Part shown: positions 59,256 through 64,000 of the stretch, in pieces | Layout: every line of letters begins with the position of its first letter | How positions within the stretch are numbered: position 1 is the stretch's first letter | Assembly (NCBI GenBank): GCA_050297535.1 | Contig: JBNKSV010000004.1 | Span: 17,313-81,312 of the forward strand | DNA from: Sedimenticolaceae bacterium | GTDB lineage: Bacteria; Pseudomonadota; Gammaproteobacteria; Chromatiales; Chromatiaceae | DNA: 64,000 nt | Direction of reading: 5' to 3' | Notes under the pieces: generated by a model | What the model was told of the DNA's origin: nothing | Databases searched by the model: none | Seen by the model: the letters and a program-made list of their open reading frames with translations, nothing else | Made by a program: the position numbers and the translations under genes

Positions 59256-60538
59256 GGGGTCTCCTTCCGCTCTGTGTCGGTCTGTCCCTGCCCTTGGCTG
59301 GCCTGTTCGGGTTCCTCTGTGTTCTGCCTTTCGTTATCCACACTCGGCGCCACATCAAACCGCTGCCCCTCTATAGCTCCTAGCCCCGGATCTCCCTGAT
59401 CGTCCTGGATACGTCCCTGCTGTTTCAGCAGCATGCGCAATGACCCCGAGATATCCGGCAACTTGGCTTCTAGTTCCAAACCTTTAAGTGCGCTGATCTC
59501 CTCCAGCATGGACTTGGTCAGTGCCTGCCCCTGGTCGAAAAACTCTTTGAGCCATTTTTCCGCCCGCTCCAGACTGTCTGTAAACTGGGACTGATCCCGG
59601 CGCAATAACGCGAATCTTGCCGTCTCCAATTGCAGACGCAGATTCTGATAAAGGAAAAATCTCTGTTCCGGTTCCAACATGGCCGTCACCGGGCGATCAT
59701 GGTGCCGTATCACCACCAAAGACTTGAACCCCTCCCACATGTCATGCAGTAGCACATCCAGATTAAAATCTTTCTTCTGCTCTTTTTCTTCGGCAGACTG
59801 GTCATCTTGTTCCGGGTTGGATTGCGGCAGCTGCAACTTTTCGATCTGGGATATAAATCCGGACAACTTCAGGGCCTGTCCGTCCAGATCCAACTGCTTT
59901 AGCGCCTTAAGTCCGGCCATCTCCACGGCCAACTGCTCCCGAACAGGTGTCCAGAGCGGATCGCCTGAATCATGCAGGCGCCTATCCGCACCCTCCAGGG
60001 CCACCAGCGCCGTGGCGCTATCCCCTTCCAGTTGCAGACGATGATTGGCGATGCGCATCAGATACTCGGCCTCCGCCGCGATCCACTGGGTGCTGTCTCT
60101 GCCGACGCGCTCAAATACCATATCAATGGAGGCCTTCATCTCCTCCGCCTGTTGCAGCAGGCCCTCACGCTCCAGCTTCAGGCGCTCTTCCTGCTTGGTA
60201 AGGGCGGCCTGTTGCGCGCTTATGGCCTTCTCCAGTTCATCCAGGCGGCCTTTGTCCTTTTGCTGCTGTTTCTTGAAATCGGCCAGCTCTTGAACCTCCT
60301 GCTGCGACACGCCATCCAGGTCCGACCACTTCATATAGCTCATCACAAAGCCGCCCAACGCCAGCAACAGGGCGATCCAGGCTATGCGCGTAGAAGGTTT
60401 AGGTGGGGCTTGCGAGACATCGGAGCCTACTGCCGATTCTGTTGGCTCTGCCGTTTCCGGGACGGGTGACTCAGGTTCCTGTTTTTCTATATCGTTCATA
60501 TTTTTTCCAGGGAGTGATTCAGGGTGCATACAAACCAT
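59252..60538 (-). CDS. hemX: HemX-type membrane protein (uroporphyrinogen-III C-methyltransferase-like annotation family)
   Basis: Acidic N-terminus, a single TM (IAWIALLLALGGFVMSY), a long coiled coil, and the position between hemD and hemY. The start could be ATG 60499. Confidence 0.75.
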   Translation of the reverse strand: MVCMHPESLPGKNMNDIEKQEPESPVPETAEPTESAVGSDVSQAPPKPSTRIAWIALLLALGGFVMSYMKWSDLDGVSQQEVQELADFKKQQQKDKGRLDELEKAISAQQAALTKQEERLKLEREGLLQQAEEMKASIDMVFERVGRDSTQWIAAEAEYLMRIANHRLQLEGDSATALVALEGADRRLHDSGDPLWTPVREQLAVEMAGLKALKQLDLDGQALKLSGFISQIEKLQLPQSNPEQDDQSAEEKEQKKDFNLDVLLHDMWEGFKSLVVIRHHDRPVTAMLEPEQRFFLYQNLRLQLETARFALLRRDQSQFTDSLERAEKWLKEFFDQGQALTKSMLEEISALKGLELEAKLPDISGSLRMLLKQQGRIQDDQGDPGLGAIEGQRFDVAPSVDNERQNTEEPEQASQGQGQTDTERKETP

Positions 60539-60630
60539 ATCCGCAATGACTGGCCAGACACCCTATAGGACTTAGAGTAGCAAAGGTGGTTCACATCGGA
60601 AAGTGATAGAGGGCGATATCGCAGTCTGAT

Positions 60631-61398
60631 CTATTGTTTCTCAGCCCAACTGCAAACCGCCCTGAGCAGACCATTATCAGACGCCTCATCCGCCAGGACT
60701 ACATCTCTGCAACCCAGCTCTTGCGCCCGCATCCGAATACGTTCACTCACCACCACCAACGGGGTGTTAAACAACATGGCGCTTCCAGCATCACCCAGCA
60801 ACGCAAGAAGATTCTCCAGGGTCTCGCCGCTGGTCACCGTAACAATCTGGATATCTCTCTGCCATGCAGCAACCAGCGATCCCGCATCCGCAGAGGTCGG
60901 GGTCCGGGAATAGACCTCGGCATACTCCACCTCGGCCCCGCGCTGTCGCAAAGTATCTGCCAACAGCTCACGCCCCCCGTTGCCCCGCAGGATCAGGATA
61001 CGATTACCGGCGACCTCGGTCAGTTCCGGCATGGCCAGCAGCGATTCGCTATCAAACTTTCCCTCAGGCCTGACATCCACCTCAATTCCTAGCTCGGACA
61101 GGGCTAGGGCGGTACCCTTGCCCACCGCGCATATCTTTATGCCGACCGGAATTCTCTTATCAGCCAGCAATTCCACCCCATATTTCACTGCGTTGGGACT
61201 TATGAATATGGCCAGTTGATAGTCGGCGAGCCGGTGCAGAATCTCTTGCGCGGCGGCCTGATTTTGAGCAGGCCCGATGGTTATGGTGGGAAAATGGATA
61301 GCCCGACCACCCTGTTCTGTGATCATGCGACACAGGGTCTCCGCTTGCCCGCTGGGGCGGGTTACCAAGACCCCGATACCTTGCAGGCTGCAGCCCAT
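60631..61398 (-). CDS. hemD: Uroporphyrinogen-III synthase
   Basis: GIGVLVTRP... HemD-like. ATG 61398 lies 5 nt after the hemC stop (61404-61406). The track start at 61503 overlaps hemC. Confidence 0.85.
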   Translation of the reverse strand: MGCSLQGIGVLVTRPSGQAETLCRMITEQGGRAIHFPTITIGPAQNQAAAQEILHRLADYQLAIFISPNAVKYGVELLADKRIPVGIKICAVGKGTALALSELGIEVDVRPEGKFDSESLLAMPELTEVAGNRILILRGNGGRELLADTLRQRGAEVEYAEVYSRTPTSADAGSLVAAWQRDIQIVTVTSGETLENLLALLGDAGSAMLFNTPLVVVSERIRMRAQELGCRDVVLADEASDNGLLRAVCSWAEKQ

Positions 61399-61403
61399 AT
61401 CAA

Positions 61404-62333
61404 CTAGTCGGCGTACAACGCCCTGAGGATGGGCTCGGCGCCGTTGGCCAGCAGCTCTTCCGCCAGGGCCACGCCCATGGCCTCTGCATCCTGGCGGGGA
61501 CATCTGGCCTCGGCCCGGATGATCTTGCTGCCGTCAGGCTCACCCACCAGGCCGCGCAGATATATCTCGTCGCCTTGCAGGATGGCATAGCCCGCGATCG
61601 GTACCTGGCAGCCCCCCATGAGTCGGTGATTCATGGCCCGCTCCGCCCGCACGCAGTCCGCGGTATCTACATGCAGGAGCGGCTGCAGCAACGAATTGAT
61701 CCGCTCATCATCCACGCGGCACTCAATACCCAGCGCACCCTGGCCGATCGCTGGCAGGCTCTGCTCCGGCTCCAGATAGGCAGTCAACCGCTCCTCAAAA
61801 CCCAGCCGCAACAACCCGGCCGATGCCAGGATGATGGCGTCGAACTCACCATCGTCCAGCTTGCGCAGACGGGTGTTGACGTTACCGCGCAGGGGGGCGA
61901 TCTGCAGATCGGGACGGCCTTCTCCCAGCTGACACTGCCGCCGCAGACTGGAGGTGCCAACCACCGCGCCCTCCGGTAGCTCATCCAGGGTTTGATACTT
62001 GTTGGATACGAAGGCGTCCCGGGGATTTTCCCGTTCCATAATAACCGGCAGATGCAGCCCTGCAGGTAGTTCCGCCGGTACATCCTTCATGGAGTGGACC
62101 GCTATATCGGCCGTCCCCGCCAGCATACCCTGTTCCAGTTCCTTCACGAACAGACCCTTGCCGCCGATCTTGGCCAGAGGTGTATCCAGAATCTTGTCGC
62201 CCTGGGTGCTCATGCCCAATATCTCTACCTTGAGCTCGGGATAAAGCCTGTTCAACTCTGCGGCGACATGCTCCGCCTGCCACATGGCCAGGGGTGATTT
62301 CCTGGTGGCTATACGTATTATCTGATCGGTCAT
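61404..62333 (-). CDS. hemC: Hydroxymethylbilane synthase (porphobilinogen deaminase)
   Basis: [33 protein letters not shown], and RGNVNTRL. Confidence 0.95.
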   Translation of the reverse strand: MTDQIIRIATRKSPLAMWQAEHVAAELNRLYPELKVEILGMSTQGDKILDTPLAKIGGKGLFVKELEQGMLAGTADIAVHSMKDVPAELPAGLHLPVIMERENPRDAFVSNKYQTLDELPEGAVVGTSSLRRQCQLGEGRPDLQIAPLRGNVNTRLRKLDDGEFDAIILASAGLLRLGFEERLTAYLEPEQSLPAIGQGALGIECRVDDERINSLLQPLLHVDTADCVRAERAMNHRLMGGCQVPIAGYAILQGDEIYLRGLVGEPDGSKIIRAEARCPRQDAEAMGVALAEELLANGAEPILRALYAD

Positions 62334-62438
62334 GGATAAAGGTCCGGCTGAAAAGGTAGCATGCTAAATGCTTGCTGGCCTGGTGGCAAATATTGCGCTA
62401 TTTCTGGCGCTTTTTGCAATTCAGCTAACAAATACCGT

Positions 62439-62936
62439 TCACGCGTGGGCGTCAACTGCTTTCGCAAGTTTCGAGAAATACTTTCTACTGGAAACCCATG
62501 ATGATATGCCGAGAAAGATGTATGCAAAGGCTTTTGTAAGGATGCCGCGAAGGCCTTCTACATACGTTGAAAAGACAACCATCGTTCTTGCTCCATCTTT
62601 AGTCTCTCTAAAATTCACTTCAATAAACATCTTGTCTATAAACATAAAGATTGGAATTGGCTTCCCCTTCTTTCCATTGACTGAGACGATATCGTACCTA
62701 AAGATATTGGGCGGGGCGCACCTGGAAAGCTCAAGATCTACAATTAGTTGCCCCTTTTCGCTTGGAGCTATCAACTTCACCCTTTTTCCTATCTCCATTG
62801 GAGTTCGTTTGTCATATGTTACTTTCACTTGATATTCATTTTTCAATAATGGCAAGTAAATATCAGGAGACAGCAATAAAGCAAAAGCATCATCCATGCT
62901 CTTATTAACGATAATAGAGTTGGTTGGGAACCTCAT
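62439..62936 (-). CDS. Hypothetical protein, possibly SRPBCC/START-like fold, in a low-GC insert
   Basis: 165-aa ORF. The N-terminus SIIVNKSMDDAFALLLSPD resembles the opening strand/helix of polyketide-cyclase/SRPBCC proteins. No catalytic motif recognised. Local GC is clearly below its neighbours. Confidence 0.45.
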   Translation of the reverse strand: MRFPTNSIIVNKSMDDAFALLLSPDIYLPLLKNEYQVKVTYDKRTPMEIGKRVKLIAPSEKGQLIVDLELSRCAPPNIFRYDIVSVNGKKGKPIPIFMFIDKMFIEVNFRETKDGARTMVVFSTYVEGLRGILTKAFAYIFLGISSWVSSRKYFSKLAKAVDAHA

Positions 62937-62948
62937 ATTATCGACTTC

Positions 62949-63686
62949 TTATGCCGCACTACCTTTCAGCCAGCGCCGCACCTCAGGCAAATGCCTGCGG
63001 CTTACCTCAAGCCGGTCGTCTATATCCTTAAAACATACCCGGAACTGTCCGTCCGCCCGCTTCTCCAGGGCATTCATATATCTCTTCGCCACCAGGGCGT
63101 TACGGTGGATACGCAGAAACCCATCGCCCATCCTCTCCTCCAGGGCGATAAGTGAGTCCTCCAGCAAGGCCTCTCCCCCCGGATGTCTGGCCACCACATA
63201 CTTCTGCTCCGCACGGAAAAAGTAGATCTCATCCGCCGGAATACGCAGGATTCCGCCGCGAAAATTAGAGTAGACATAGGCCTCTTGGCTCTCATTCAGC
63301 CCATCCAGCACCTGCAGTTGTACCCGGCTAAGGGTTTGAGCCCGCTGCAACGCCGCCTCCAGTCGCTCGCGACGCACCGGCTTGAGCAGATAATCCACCG
63401 CATTTCTATCGAACGCCTCCAGGGCATGCTCATCATAGGCGGTAGCGAAGATCACCGCAGGGGCCGGGGTTAAGGCCATGAGCCGGGCCGCGGCCTCCAA
63501 ACCGCCCATACCAGGCATACTGATATCCAGTAGCACCATATCAACCACCAGGTCCGCGCACCACTTGAGTGCCTCCTCGCCGCTACCGGCCTGACCCACG
63601 ACCTCATAAGGTGGACCGATCTCCGCAAGCAGTTGCGCCAACCGCTCCCGGGCCAGTTTTTCGTCATCTACGATAAGTATCTTCAT
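62949..63686 (-). CDS. algR: LytTR-family response regulator, AlgR-like
   Basis: Colinear with P. aeruginosa AlgR from memory (ILIVDDE.LARERLA, VLLDI.MPG..GL..AARL, PAVIF.TA.DE.ALEAF, FLRIHRNALVA, SRRH). Lies upstream of the hemC cluster, as in Pseudomonas. Confidence 0.85.
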   Translation of the reverse strand: MKILIVDDEKLARERLAQLLAEIGPPYEVVGQAGSGEEALKWCADLVVDMVLLDISMPGMGGLEAAARLMALTPAPAVIFATAYDEHALEAFDRNAVDYLLKPVRRERLEAALQRAQTLSRVQLQVLDGLNESQEAYVYSNFRGGILRIPADEIYFFRAEQKYVVARHPGGEALLEDSLIALEERMGDGFLRIHRNALVAKRYMNALEKRADGQFRVCFKDIDDRLEVSRRHLPEVRRWLKGSAA

Positions 63687-64000
63687 GCGTCTTCATTCCA
63701 GGGATGAGGGAAAAACAGGCGCACCTGATAATCCCCCTCAATCTCGCTATGGATCAGGCCGGCCTGTTCCTGGTAAAGCCACGCAAGCCGCTGTTTGATA
63801 TTCTCCAAAGCCATGTGATTGCCATCAGCGTGAACCCTATTCGGGACTGGCGGCTTGGTGTTGCGGATAGAGATATTGACCCGCTGGCGCCGGTAGCGGC
63901 CGACAACCTGTATCCTGCCATTATCCGGGGATGGCTCGATGCCGTGGTAGACCGCATTTTCCAGCAGGGGCTGCAGGATCAGGGCAGGCAGCTTGGCATC
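63683..64000 (-). CDS. algZ: LytS/AlgZ(FimS)-type sensor histidine kinase, C-terminal ~105 aa only
   Basis: Hand translation of the minus strand: DAKLPALILQPLLENAVYHGIEPSPDNGRIQVVG...GNHMALENIKQRLAWLYQEQAGLIHSEIEGDYQVRLFFPHPWNEDA*. This contains an N box (QPLLENAVYHG). The stop TGA overlaps the algR ATG (ATGA). The track ORF 63754..63957 is in the wrong frame. Confidence 0.75.
   Translation of the reverse strand, partial: DAKLPALILQPLLENAVYHGIEPSPDNGRIQVVGRYRRQRVNISIRNTKPPVPNRVHADGNHMALENIKQRLAWLYQEQAGLIHSEIEGDYQVRLFFPHPWNEDA

Overview
This 64-kb chromosomal segment carries about 61 protein-coding genes. I recognised no rRNA, tRNA, CRISPR array, transposase or integrase. Conserved gene order (algZ-algR...hemCDXY; def-fmt-rsmB-DUF4390-ntrYX-trkAH; lysM-dprA-smg-topA-purE-tsaC; hemB-aroE) points to a Gammaproteobacterium. 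Dissimilatory-type APS reductase (aprBA) together with a QmoAB/HdrCB module suggests a sulfur-oxidising or sulfur-cycling lifestyle; that is inference. Most of the window is core housekeeping: heme, translation, topoisomerase, K+ uptake, ubiquinone and a peptidase. The parts that are not ordinary are listed here. (1) A translationally coupled AdoMetDC-like pyruvoyl decarboxylase / SET-domain pair (16514-17400) has no aminopropyltransferase nearby; this is my best candidate for an undescribed system. (2) A soluble qmoAB-hdrCB operon lacks any membrane subunit and lies about 10 kb from aprBA. (3) Cyclic-di-GMP components are dense: two tandem PilZ-like paralogs, a heme-c DUF3365-GGDEF-EAL sensor, a REC-GGDEF-EAL protein and a REC-degenerate HD-GYP protein. 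(4) A lower-GC signalling island (49.9-56.8 kb) has one soluble PAS kinase, four receiver proteins and an orphan ParA-like ATPase. (5) A LemA-GIDE pair has a perfect EF-hand loop in the GIDE protein. (6) A thioredoxin-fold/HEAT protein is divergent from aprBA across a 544-bp AT-rich leader. (7) A low-GC SRPBCC-like gene is wedged between algR and hemC. All calls come from reading the translated ORFs, motifs and synteny from memory; no database search was run.
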